From NCBI RefSeq assembly GCF_006345805.1, contig NC_042999.1, positions 115,506,001-115,570,000 on the forward strand: DNA of 64,000 nt. Reading direction: 5' to 3'. Below, in pieces: positions 24,620 through 37,071 of this stretch. This DNA is from Octopus sinensis. Its lineage: Eukaryota. The notes under the pieces were generated by a model that made no database searches, was not told the DNA's origin, and was given only the letters and a program-made list of their open reading frames with translations. The translations under genes and the position numbers were made by a program. Every line of letters starts with the position of its first letter. Within the stretch, counting starts at the first letter, position 1.

Positions 24620-26322
24620 AGACGCTATAAAGTCAGACAGTCAGTCATTGTAGGAGGTTAGTCAGTAGTAGAGAAGAATTTGGTGAGTTAAAGTTGTATT
24701 ATTTGATGGCGTTATATTGTTGTTTAATTTACTGTTGTTTGAGTGTTGTAGTGTTCCATGAACACTTTTGTCAACTGTTCTGTGCTGCCTTGAAGCAACT
24801 AGAAGGATGCTGTATGAAGATTACGGCTCTTTGGGGCTGCCTTCTTCGGAGGAAGAGCTGGTGAATGCAATTAAGAAGATAGCCGAAGGAATGAATAAAG
24901 AGAAGAGCTATTCAAGTGCCACGGAAGTAGGAAATAATGAAGTCGACCTAACAAACTTAAAGAATTACGGAAAAATGTTGCAGAGAGAGGGTGGTGATGT
25001 AAAACTGTCACCACCCCAAGGAATTTTAGAAGGAATACAAGAGAAGACTATCATCTACAAGGTCTTCTCCATAGAGGAAAAGAAGATAGAAGTAATGACA
25101 ATAGAAAAAAAATAGAAGAAGCACTAAGACCTATCTGGCAAGACATTACATATCTTGCCAAGGGAAACTGAAATGGCACGGTGGATGTTCGCCTCAGAGA
25201 AGCAACGAAGGCAAAGCAAATTTCGGCAACCCTGTTGAAAACAGAAAGTGTGGTGTTTTTACCCACGTACCTTGGAAAGAGGGCTTCCAAGGTGAGTGTA
25301 GAAGGAATTCCACCTGAAATTGACGTGGCCTGGGTAGCGGCTGCTGTTCTCCAAGGCAATGAGAACGAAATAGCAGTCATCTGGGCCACTAAGACAGAAG
25401 CAATGAACTGGAAGGGGCAGACACTGGAGTTAATTATTCAAGGATCAGTAGAAAGTATAGAAAAAACGGTGGAGACGATAACAGTTGGAAATACGGTATT
25501 AAGAGTTAGGGTGGAGGGCAGAATCCCTCGATGCTTCAAATGTGGCTTAAAGGGCGACATTAGAGTGGACTGCCCTTCACCAACGGAGAGGAACCAAGAA
25601 AGAGCACATGAAGTAACAGCAGAGAAGGATGTACCAACGGAGGAGGTGAAAGATGATGTATCATGGAAAACTGTAGAGAATAAAAGAAAAAGAAAGAAAG
25701 CGAATTAAACAGAGGTAAAACCCACACCTACCCCACCCACAACTTCTTCCCTCCCCCTACTGACACCAAACCCACCTACTCTCCTCCGACACAAAAACAA
25801 AAAAGAAAAACGCTGACACACAGGAACCCCAAACTACCCCTCCCCCAGCCAAGGAAGAAAGTTGTGTTGCATGTATGTTGATCGAAGGTGCAAGTAAGGA
25901 ACTGATACGGGAAGCAGTGTGTATGAAAGGCGCTGCGTTGGTTAATTTTAAGGGAGATGTGAAAATTTATGGGTGGCACTCGTGCGTGTTAATGTCAGAA
26001 AGGCAAAAGGAAAGACTGGAAAAATATAATGGTGGGTTCACGGCGTGGAAGGTGAACATAAGCATAAGCAATTTGCCGGAGGAAATATTATACACGGGTC
26101 TCAGAAAAAAGAGCAAAATAGACATTCTAAAAGGAACAGTGTTCAAAGTAGAAGGAAGTAAGTGAAGTTGTTTGGAGTGGGGCGAGTAACTTTATTTTCA
26201 TTTTTCATTTTCATTGTCATTCATGTTTTATCATACGCTTTTTCCTTTTTTCTCTATTGTTTTCTCATCACATGTCCTTGTATTGTTCCTTCTATGTTCG
26301 CCCCTTGTGGGCAGTGAAAAAA
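24620..26322 (+). mobile_element. ORF1-only non-LTR retroelement, copy 1 (RRM-like + CCHC gag-like ORF1, disrupted)
   Basis: ORFs 24768-25115, 25181-25708 (KVSVEGIPPEID...RVRVEGRIPRCFKCGLKGDIRVDCP) and 25875-26165. T-rich 3' UTR, GCCCCTTGTGGGC hairpin and A6 tail. No endonuclease or RT sequence seen. Confidence 0.7.
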
Positions 26323-26324
26323 CC

Positions 26325-27220
26325 AGGTCAGTAATAGTAAAGAAAAATTTGGTGAGTTGAAGTTGTATTATTTGCTGGTGCTATATTGTTTAACTTACTG
26401 TTGTTTGTGCTGCCTTGTGGCAGTTTATTTGTACTTTCCCTCCTCATAGAGGAGGGTAGGCCGATTAAAAAAGATGCCAGAAGAAGAAGATAACAGCTAC
26501 TCAGAGTTGTCCTCGTCAGAGCAGTCATCGTCGTCATCAGAGATTACATGGAGCATGATGGAGAAACTGAATGAGGTACGGGCAAGAGAAAACAAAAGCT
26601 TCATAGAAATTGCCAAGTGTAAGGAATATCAAATCGAATGGGATGAATGGAGTAATTACATGAAAATGATGAGTCGCGAAGGATTCAATGTGGAATTGAA
26701 CCACCCAGAAGAAATGGTTAACAACAGGAAAGAATGTACAATTGTTTACAAGACGCATTCAGTAGATGTTGGGAAGATAGACATAATGACTACTACTCAA
26801 ATAGAGAAGGCGCTGAGGGCAATCTGGCAAGAGTTAATGTATCTTGCCAGAGGGGCCAAGTATGGAACGGTAGAAGTGAAATTTAAAGAGGCAGAAAAGG
26901 CAAGGGAGAACGCGGCAACCATTATAAAGAATGATGAAGTGGTACTATTACTTACGTACCATGGAAGGCGTGCTTTGAAGGTTAGCGTGGAGGGAATCCC
27001 ACCAGAAGTTGACATGCCCTGGATAGCAGCCGCTATCCTACATGGAAAGGAGAAAGAGATAGCGGTTCTCCAGGCCACAAGGACGGAAAGTAGGCACTGG
27101 AAAGGCCAAACCTTAAAGATAGTCATCGGGTCAGGGTGGAGAGCAAGATCCCTCGATGTTTTAATTGTGGCCTGAAAGGCCACATTAGAGTGGATCGCCC
27201 TTCACCGCCCAAAAATTGAT
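26325..27220 (+). mobile_element. Second, diverged and 3'-truncated tandem copy of the ORF1 element
   Basis: Same 5' leader (GTCAGT...AATTTGGTGAGTT.AAGTTGTATTATTTG). ORF 26474-27175 is homologous (KVSVEGIPPEVD.PW.AAA.L.G). The knuckle RCFNCGLKGHIRVD lies in another frame. Confidence 0.75.
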
Positions 27221-27424
27221 GTACGTGTGGTTATTGGAGGAGTACAAGTTCGATATACTGGCAAGTACGAAGTATAAAAAGTAACTAAAAGGTATAAATG
27301 AAGCAATTCAGAGGTGGGGCTGAGGAACTTCATCCCGTTTTCCACTTTCAGTTATCATTTATCTTATAACATACGTTTTTGTGTTTTTTTTTTACTTTGT
27401 TTGAATCTTTTCACTTTCATCAGT

Positions 27425-27590
27425 AAATCGAGAAATCAATTTTTTGCATCTAATCACTTTAAAACTTCGGATACTTGTAGAATGTGTCATGTAAAACATC
27501 TTTTACTCTTAACGTTGTTGTGAAGTTCTATTTACGAAGTTATTTCGCGTTAAAGTTGTCGTATTTCGGTAATTTCAACCACAGGTTTAT
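27425..27590 (+). mobile_element. Partial copy of the MITE at 31581-32017
   Basis: ATCGAGAAAT-AATTTTTTG...AAACTTCGGA...GTAGAATGTGTCAT...AAGTTGTCGTATTTCGGTAATTTCAACC matches 31610-31760. Confidence 0.8.
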
Positions 27591-27594
27591 ACAT

Positions 27595-27800
27595 AGTAGA
27601 CGGTTTAGACTACAAACAGACCATCGCCCGTTGCTAACGATTTATGGATGCAAGGAAGGAATCCCAATACATACAGCAAACAAGTGAACACTGTAGAGAC
27701 ATAACAAGGACTGCTGCAACAGAGACTACGAAGTATGGTTAGCAGGAAGGGGCACAACTGGTGTTCTGACTGTGTCCACACATCGTAGATTATTCCTTTG
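27595..27800 (+). mobile_element. Ty3/Gypsy RNase H fragment
   Basis: RRFRLQTDHRPLLTIYGCKEGIPIHTANK matches the gypsy FTLQTDHKPL.SIFG.KKGIP..TA pattern. Confidence 0.78.
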
Positions 27801-27980
27801 AACAAGGACTCAGACCACACACACACACATACATGCATACATATATGTCTTTTATATTTTTTGTCTCAGCTATTAGACTGCGGCCATCCTCGAAGGATTT
27901 AGTAGAACAAATCAACCTCAGTACTCATATGTATATATTTATACAAATAAACATATGCACATACGCATAATACACACACA

Positions 27981-28030
<50 letters not shown>

Positions 28031-28094
28031 GCGTAAATTTATACGTACATACACGCACACACACACACACACACACACACCACACACACACACA

Positions 28095-28450
28095 AGGCGT
28101 GGTTGTGTGGGAGCAGTTTGCTTTCCAACTACATGGTTCCGGGGTCAATCCCATTGCATGGCACCTTGGGCAAGTATCTTCTACTATAGCCACGGGCCGA
28201 CCAAAGCCCTGTGAGTGAAGGAAGGTAGTCTTATATATTTGTGTGTGTTTGTGTCTGTCTGTATCCAACCGGTGTTTGTATGTTTACGTCCCCGTAATTT
28301 AGCAGTTCCGCAACAGAGACTGATACAATAGTTACCAGGCTTAAAAAAAAAAATAAGTACTAGGGTTTATTTGTTCGACTAAAATTCTTCAAGGCGGTGC
28401 CCCCGCATGACCGTAGTTTACTGGCTGAAACTAGTAAAAGACAAAGGATA
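28095..28450 (+). mobile_element. SINE family B
   Basis: Family B head, body and tail motifs. Confidence 0.82.
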
Positions 28451-28644
28451 AAAGATGCATATTTGTTAAAAGAATTCGATATTCACGGCTGAGAGACCAG
28501 CAAAGAAGAAACAGTTTTAAGTCGATCGATTAAAATTTAATTGAATGTTTGTAAAAAGAAACTTGGTTTTTGTGTATGTTTAAAACTGATACTTATAGAT
28601 TTGTTTTGAACTTTTAAAATAATTATTATTCAGTAATAAAAAAA

Positions 28645-28731
28645 ATTGCACACATACATACACACATACATACATACATACATACATACATACATACATA
28701 AGTATGTATATATATATATACACACACACTC

Positions 28732-28765
<34 letters not shown>

Positions 28766-28772
28766 TCATATA

Positions 28773-28855
<83 letters not shown>

Positions 28856-28910
28856 ATATACATACATATACATATATATATATATATAATCGTGTATGTG
28901 TATGTACGTA
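28645..28910. repeat. (ATAC)n/(AT)n microsatellite block
   Basis: Direct reading. Confidence 0.95.
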
Positions 28911-30584
28911 TATATCTAAGCTCTTAAAATTGCAATATTGACGGATGAAATATATTTCTACTTGTTCCGATATAACACTGGAAGAAACGTCTTTAGAGAA
29001 TCTCAATAAAATAGTTTAGTATTTTCGAAAGGAAATAGTATTGAATCTCGTAAATGAGACATTTTATTTAGCAAGGAAAAACAAAAAAACAAACAAAAAG
29101 CAAAAAACAAAATAAAAAACAAAAGCAAAAAAAAAAAAAACAACAAAACCCCCCAAATGAATAGTTATCCTTGGAAAAAGTGGAATAAACAATAGTAAAC
29201 AATGTAGGTTTTTTTTTGCGGTTTATAGTTTGGTTTCCAATGCTGTACAAGTCGCTTATTCTGTATTACATTGTATCAATAATTATTGACAGGAGATTGA
29301 TACAGTTTATACCGTAATTCCAATTATGTCTAGCCGACTACCAAGAAATGCCAATGTCGTTAAGATCTTAAGTAAATTCACTTCCCTTGAAAATAAAAAT
29401 ATTGTAGTAGTTCAATGGAAGGATAAAGAGGGGACACAACTGGGCGAGGAGTGTCAGTGAATGTAGACTTTCACATATTCGCAGTGTAGGTATAATTCTC
29501 CTCGAATAAAGTTTAGTGGATTGTTGTGTATTGTAGGTACTCTAATGTACTGTATTAACTCTTTGCCAACTTCATAACTCTCTATAATTGATGTAACAAG
29601 TAGGAAATCTCTAAGGTTAAGGAGAGAAGCTTTAGCCTCATCATGAAGTTCGCGTCGTAATCACGTGGTGTCTTTGGCAAGCATTGTCTGCAATAGTCTC
29701 AACTCGATCAAAGCCTTGTGAGTAGAGTAGGAAGCCAGACAGATTGACTCAGCTCGTGTTTGGATGATAGATTTAATCTATCGGATGGTTAAACCCACCA
29801 CCTGAAATTTGGGTACCTTTGTCGTTGCCTATTTTGCTGCAAGCATCCAGATTTGCAACAGAGTGCAAAAAGAAAGGAAATACTCCAAACTGGATGCTGT
29901 CTTTCCTTTTGCTCTTCAGTCTTGAAGGCCCGCGCAAAAAATGGGCTGTCCTGCCTTTTCTGACCTAGTCCCTCTACCCCTATCTAAATCTTCAGAGACC
30001 TGGAGACGTAGCGATAGCTACTCCTTACCTATGTAACAAATATTCTGGTAACCTCACCATTTGGCTAATACTCAACATAGATATAATACTAAAACTACAA
30101 ATCTTTTCTTTTTTAATTCGCATTTCACGAATCATGGGCTCTTATCTATAGACGAAAGACATCTTTTTTAGGGAGATTTAGTCTTGAGCAGAAATTACGA
30201 TAATCTCTTCATGTTTAAAGAAATAGCTTTGGAGCAAGCAGTTTTGATTTCAAGACATTTGGTTAAATGTATCTATTATATTTGGGCGTTACTTTAGTCA
30301 TATGATGGGTATATTGACGACATTTCTGTGACTATGGAGTGAATTACAGGTTACATAAATACCATAATTATATTTCAATTTGTTTTCTACATTTCATGGT
30401 GCTTATAAGAATGATTAAATGAATACTGATAAAAAAATCCAATTAATAAATGAAAGTTAAAAGAAATCTCATTCTATAATTACAATAAATATGTTATCAA
30501 TAACAACAATACTATTTTACAATTGATTATAACCATAACATTGGCTAATTCTATAGAAAGTTGTGACATTTAGAGCGTAACCAA

Positions 30585-31530
30585 CCATAAGGCGGCGAGT
30601 GGGCAGATCGTTAGCACGTCGGAAAAATGCTTAGCGGCATTTTGTCCAGCGGCACGTTCTGAGTTCAAATTCCGATGATGTCAACTCTGCCTTAAGAAGT
30701 AGGTACCTTTTGAACATTGGGGTTCGATATAAGTTTTGTGCCTATTGGAAAAAGAAGTATTAGTATTGACTAAGGCGTTAGCTGGTGCCAGCTGTGCACT
30801 GGGGTCAATGTAATCGACTTGGCCCTCCGCTCAAAAACTGCCGGCCCTTTGTTAAAATTTGAAGCCGGTTAGCTGGCTGAATCATTAGTAAATTACTTAA
30901 CCGGGAAAATTACTTAGTGGCATTTCTTTCGTCTTTATCTTGTGAGTTTAAATTCTGCCGGGGCTAGCTTTGCCTTTCATCTCTTTCGGGGGTCGATAAA
31001 AATGTACTAGTTGAGTGTTGGGGTCGCGCCTCCCACAAAACTGCCGGTCTTGTGCCAAAATTCGAAACCATTATTATAAATATTGATTAAGGTGGCAAGT
31101 TGGCAGAATCGTTAGCGTGTCAGATTAAATGCTTAACGGTTTTTATTCCAACTTTATGTTCTGAGTTCAAATTTCACCAAAATCAATTTTTCTTTTGGTG
31201 TCGATAAACTGATATAAGTAATTGATTAGCTCCTCCCCACACCCCAAATTTCAGGCATTGTACCTATAGTACAAAGGATTTTTAGTATTAATTATGGTGG
31301 TGAGGTGGCAGAATCCTTATTTCGCTGGATAACATGCTTAGCGGAATTTCTTGTGGATCTATACTCTCTGAGTTCAAATTCTGTCGAGGTCACCTTTACT
31401 TTTCATTCTTTCGGCGTCGATAACATAAGTATCAATACTAAAGTGGTACTTAACACTAGAGTTGATGCAACCGACTTACATCCTGCCATAAAATTGCTGG
31501 CTTTGTGCCAAAATTTGAAGCCTTTATTAT
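30585..31530 (+). mobile_element. Head-to-tail cluster of about five diverged SINE family A copies
   Basis: Recurring heads (GGCGAGT/GGCAAGTT/GGTGAGGT GGCAGA-TC) near 30590, 30870, 31090 and 31300, with recurring GAGTTYAAATT and GTCGATAA motifs. Confidence 0.75.
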
Positions 31531-31580
31531 TGGTGTTGATTTCGAGGAAAAAAAGCGGTGCTCAAAACTTAGAAGATTAT

Positions 31581-32017
31581 GGATCGTTTCCCTTTGAACG
31601 GCAGATCGAGAAATTAATTTTTTGTAACTAAAGACTTTCAAACTTCGGACACTGGTAGAATGTGTCATATAAAATATCTTTTGCTCTTAGTATTGTTGAG
31701 AAAAGTTTCTATTTTCAAAGTTATTTCGTGTTAAAGTTGTCGTATTTCGGTAATTTCAACCAATCAATGACGTGTATTCAGCTGAATAAAATTACTGCCG
31801 TTGTTTGTCAACAACTTTCAGCGTTATATATTTCGTTTGTCACTGTTATTTATGACGTTCGTGCGTTTGTACTGGCTTTAGTTTTAGGGTTTTAGGGTTA
31901 GGGTTTTAGAGTTAGGGTTTTAAAGTTAGGGTTAGGGCTTTAGAGTCTACCAGCGTCCGAAGTTTGAAAGTTACAAAAAATTAATTTCTCGATCTGCTGT
32001 TCAAAGGGAAAAGATCC
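31581..32017. mobile_element. MITE with ~72-79-bp TIRs, 8-bp TSD and internal TTAGGG repeats (Merlin- or MULE-like by TSD and GG termini)
   Basis: TIRs GGATCGTTTCCCTTTGAACGGCAGATCGAGAAATTAATTTTTTGTAAC... / ...GTTACAAAAAATTAATTTCTCGATCTGCTGTTCAAAGGGAAAAGATCC. Exact TSD AAGATTAT at 31573-31580 and 32018-32025. TTAGGG-like array at about 31880-31940. Confidence 0.92.
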
Positions 32018-32044
32018 AAGATTATTGAACTCAATGCAGTTTAG

Positions 32045-32213
32045 AGCGAAGTTATGAGAAGGTGGAGAGTTCCACAGAAGTTCAGTCTTGACAGTAAACC
32101 TTCGGGGAGAAATGTTTAGTGCGGGGTTGGGGAATCACGAGAGGAGGTGAAGCGGAGAAAGCAGTGAAGTTTGCAGATTCTAAATTTAGAGGAATAGGAA
32201 CTGTCGTGGCGAA

Positions 32214-32265
<52 letters not shown>

Positions 32266-32300
32266 GAGAGAGTCGTTCGGTTTTGGCGAGTAAAGTCTTA
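32045..32300 (-). mobile_element. Probable CR1/L2/Jockey-type LINE 3' fragment
   Basis: Minus strand PQPRTKHF... followed by an out-of-frame LWNSP resembles the LWNSLP C-terminal motif. Confidence 0.45.
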
Positions 32301-32560
32301 GATGACCATCGTTAGATTTGGTCTATAATGTTTGGATATGAAGCGGCAGTTCCGTACTAGCAGTTAGAGGAAAATAACAACAGCCTGTAATAGAAAATGT
32401 GTGTTGACCTTTAGTAGTCTCACTATTCAGCTGTACACACCCACACAAACACGTTTGCATACCCATAAATACTTGTTCACACAGGCACACACACATACAC
32501 ACGCACACACAGGCATACATACATATATACATACATACAAACTAATAAACAAATAGACAG

Positions 32561-32600
<40 letters not shown>

Positions 32601-33829
32601 GCAAAAGCTGCCAGGAATTTTTTTAATGCTCTTGTCCCAGCCACTGGCTGAAACCTACAATAGAATACATGCATGCATACATACATACATACATACATAC
32701 ATACATACATACATACATACATACATACATACATACACACATTCACACACACATACACACACATACACTATATATATATATATATATATATATACTATTG
32801 TGTCTGGGGAGAGTCATTTTCTTATAATGTAACACACTCACCGGTAAAATTTCCACTTATTTCTTATTTTTCCGTCTGTCGATCGATCGATCGACAATGT
32901 ACACATTATTTATTATTTATACAATTAATACCCAATTGATGAATATGTCTGCGTAAGCACGAAGGATGGATAAAACTAAACTTTTCTTAATAGAAATGTT
33001 TTCGTAGTTTGATGTACGAAATAGATTGTTTTTTCCTTATTTACTGTTCTCGTTTTGTATTTCTCTGTTCATCACCATCATCATCATTTTGTTTTTGATC
33101 AAATCTGTCACGTAACTGAACATTAAACGAGATTCATATCAGCAGGAAGTTTTCTTTTTCTCATAATAATAGCTCTGAGTGTCAAAGGGTGACTGTTATA
33201 CACAGAATGTAATGAAAACTTATTATTGGTCTGGAGTTAAAGATTTCTTATAAATTATTGTCGCCAGATGACAGAGTTGCTGAGCGAGTGAGTATACCTT
33301 TAGAGCAATGATTGTTGTTGTTTTTGTTTAAACTTACGTAAGTTCTGATCGGATAGCGAGACATATGATCATAAATGTTCCAGCCTTGACCATCCACTGC
33401 ATCCAATGAAACTCGAATTACATTATCCAGTATGCATTTTCTTTCATGACAGAAGGGTTTTACTCGAGAGAGATTAGGTTGCTATTTCTAAGTGCTTGAA
33501 CTTTCAGCGCTTGGCTGTATCGCAACAATATGATTTGATGTTATAGGCATAATTTTTAATTCCATTTTGCTTTTATGTAAAGAGATAGGTTTATAGATTT
33601 CGCTTTTCTATGAACAGGTGAGTTTTCAAAACTCAGAATGATAAGAAAAGAAGTGTGAGTAGTGTCGTTGGAAAGATGGAGTCAGAAGTCTCGATGAGGA
33701 CTATATGTCCTCAAAAGCCAAAATGCTGATGTTGACCAAGACATAACCCATCAGTAGCTGAAAAGTTCAGGATTGAAAGCAGAGACTAAAGGCTTCGTAC
33801 TGACGGCATAAGACCAAAGTTTGTTATCA

Positions 33830-34800
33830 GAAACTACCAGAAAAATATTCTTAAACATGGAACAGACCTCAAAATGCAGATTATACAACAAGTTTGATGA
33901 AACAAGAAACTATCTTGCTTCGGGTTGTTCTGTGTTAAGACTAAAAGGATACTAAAATCACCAGGATAGAGTAGGACAATATTTACAACATATGTAAGTA
34001 CTACCAAATCGACACTCCTGCTAACATATGTAAGTACTACCAAATCAACCTTCCTGTTAACACCATCCTGAGCCAGTTGTTGAAGGAGAAAACATTACCA
34101 CTTACTGGGATTTTCCTGATAGTACTTACGGAACAATCCAGGATAATCGACCAAACATAATTATTAAAGACAGGAAAGAAAAACGTACTAATAGATGTAA
34201 GTGTACCCACTAATAATATATCTGTTGAGGAATTTGACCAACTCAGTAAATATAAAGATCTAGAAATTGAAATATGACATCATAAAGCGAAAACCGTTCC
34301 TGTTATTGTAGGCATCCTGGGTTTGATAAAAAAGGGATAAAAAACATCTAAATAACGTCCCAGGAGATCCATCTTTCAGAAGAATCCAAGCGATTGTGCT
34401 GACAAGCATCTCCTATATCCTTAGAAAGACCCTATTAATTTAAATTAAATGTTTTGTATTAAAGTGTTCATGTAATACACTTATAATTAAAATTAGATAT
34501 ATCTATAATTAAATTAGATTCACTTTAATTTCAAATTAATAATGCAATCATAATGTTTATATTGTTTAAACCTATCTTTTTATTATCTTTCATTATACAT
34601 AATAATAATTAAAAAAAATCTGTTGTGTTGTATGAAAGTATTTCTGTACAGTCCTACCCACTTTCTCTTCCCAACATTTCAATTACATCTTTAATATCTG
34701 TTAACCTTCACTTGCTCTAGGTCGCTGGGCTTGACCCGGCAAGTGATCGTATCAAAACCGCAGATTATAATAAAAATAATGATGATGATGATGATAATAA
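33830..34800 (+). mobile_element. RLE LINE (R4/Dong-like) 3' fragment with 3' UTR and (AAT/GAT)n tail
   Basis: IRNYQK, KCRLY.KFDET...SGC, DNRPNIIIKDRKEK, DVSVP, QLSKYKDLEIEI, KTVPVIVG.LG across frameshifts; internal ~36-bp tandem duplication at about 33985-34060. Confidence 0.85.
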
Positions 34801-35036
34801 TAGAAGTGTATTGAAAAAGTAAAATAAATAAACAGATAAACCTATAAACTCCAGTACTAAAAGATACTGTAAAATAAAATATTCGAAAAGAAAAAAATTA
34901 CGATCTAGACTGAAGTTACGAGAGACTTAGCAATTAGTTTATCTATCAGTTATTAAAATATATAGATTATATATTTTACACTCAGTTTGTTCTGTGTGTA
35001 TATTCGGCTTACATACAAACAAACAAACGAACATGC

Positions 35037-35067
<31 letters not shown>

Positions 35068-35234
35068 CGTATGTATGTATGTATGTATGTATGTATGTAT
35101 GTATACTGAAGCCACTTGATAATCTCCAAGTGTCTTTCGAAAGGTAAAAGTATCAGCAATTTTCATACATTAAACTATTTGCTTATCTTGACTCAAAGCT
35201 AGCTATAAATTTATAGGAAAAGTGATAAGAAATA

Positions 35235-35380
35235 TACGTGGTAAGAAGTTTGCTTTTCAACTACATGGTTCTGAGTTCAGTCCCACTGCATGACACGTTG
35301 GGAAACTGTCTTCTAGTATAGCCTCAGGCCAACCAAAGCCTTGTGAGTGGATTTGGTAGACAGAAACTGAAAGAAGCTCT

Positions 35381-35385
<5 letters not shown>
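35235..35385 (+). mobile_element. SINE family B 5' half
   Basis: GTGGTAAGAAGTTTGCTT...GAGTTCAGTCCCACTG...GGATTTGGTAGAC. Confidence 0.8.
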
Positions 35386-35466
<81 letters not shown>

Positions 35467-35622
35467 TACGGAGATGTACTTGCATAGCCAATGACTTGAT
35501 CTGAGATCGTGTGCTGAAACAAAAACAAATGCAGCGTGGAGGGTGTTTCAACATTCAAATTTAATTTGTCAAAATATTTTAGTCGCTTTGAAACCGCGAC
35601 CTGTTCACTGACAAAATTCCGT

Positions 35623-35689
<67 letters not shown>

Positions 35690-36435
35690 CCCTGCTCCCG
35701 CCCACGTTGCCGCACTTACCCTTACCTCTCCAACACCACCCGCCTCACTAGCACCCACCATCGACCCTATCCCATCATCCACTCCTTCACCTGCACCTCC
35801 AGCAATATTATCTATTGCATCTCTTGCTCTCTCTGCAATTCCTTGTACATCGGACAAACGGGACGCCGCTTGGCTGACCGGTTCGCGGAACACCTTCGTG
35901 ACATCCACCTTGCGAACGACACACCGGTCTCACGCCATTTCCGTTCCACCGGTCACTCCTTGCAACACCTATCTGTGTTCGGTTTGTCCTTACACAGAGG
36001 CCATCCGGATTCCCGTTTGCGCCGTGAACAGGAATTAATCTTCTCTCTTCGCTCTTATACGCCATTTGGTCTCAACTCTCCACCCCTCCTCATCTAACCC
36101 CCCTCTCCCCCTCCTCACCTATCCTTTCCCCCCCGACCCCTACTTCTTCAGTCCTTCATCCTTTCACCCCTACTCCCCTTCCCTTCTTCCCTCTTTCTCC
36201 CTCCCTCCTTCCCTCTTCCCCTTCCCTCTGCTCCCTCACTCCCTCACTCCCCTTCTCTCTCTACCTCTCCCTCTTTCCTCCTTCCTCCCCTTCCTCCCCT
36301 TCCCTCTCCCCCTCCTCTCTCCCCCTCCTCTCCTCCCCTCTTCTTCCCCTCCCCTTCTCTCCCCCTCTTCTCCCCCTACCCCTCTTCTCCTCACGACACC
36401 ACACGACTTTACACATCACATCATATATGATGTGC

Positions 36436-36775
36436 CATACTAATACATACACCAACTAATACATACTAATACGTACTAATACATACTAATACATACTAAT
36501 ACATACACCAACCCTATACATACACACGTCCAGACCCCTCATACGCACTTATACTCTCTCATACACACACACACTTATACATACTAATACGTACTAATAC
36601 ATACTAATACATACTAATACATACACCAACCCCATACATACGCACGTCCAGACCAATCCTACGCACTAATACTCTCTCATACACACACACACACACACAC
36701 ACACCCTTATACATACTAATACATACACCAACCCTATACTTACACACGTCCAGACCCCTCCTACGCACTATTAGC
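36436..36775. repeat. Minisatellite: three ~110-130-bp units built of CATACTAATA and CACGTCCAGACC
   Basis: Direct reading; lies inside the PLE 3' region. Confidence 0.85.
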
Positions 36776-36940
36776 TGGTCCTTCAACCCTATTATCAACC
36801 CTATTATCTCCCCTTATTTCGCTCTCGCGTCTCATGTTTGATCTTTGACCTCTGGTCGACTCAGATCGCCATGTTGATTCGTTAGCTACTGCACGCATTT
36901 TTTTCTCTCCTTCTTTCTGTGTTTTTTTTCTCTATGTGTA

Positions 36941-36978
36941 TCTTTCTGTTGAAGAGCGTAGGCTCGAAACGTTAAAGA
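36941..36978 (+). ncRNA. Minimal PLE-type hammerhead ribozyme-like motif (core variant CUGUUGA)
   Basis: TCTTT-CTGTTGA-A-GAGC(GTAG)GCTC-GAA-ACGT-T-AAAGA: 5-bp stem I, 4-bp stem II, palindromic ACGU helix III. The conserved A6 is substituted. Confidence 0.5.
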
Positions 36979-37071
36979 CTTGTTTTATTTATATTTCCTG
37001 AGCGCCATACTAATACAATTGTTCGTTTGTTTTCTACCTGCCTTCGTCTTTTGTCTATTTTCATAAAGCTT

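Noticed and set aside
29293-29371. 79-nt AG...GT-bounded open segment (EIDTVYTVIPIMSSRLPRNANVVKIL) as a host exon
   Set aside because: Weak polypyrimidine tract, no recognisable protein and no partner exons; needs RNA-seq.
31880-31940. TTAGGG tract as a chromosome end or fusion site
   Set aside because: It is short, degenerate and enclosed within a TIR element with a TSD.
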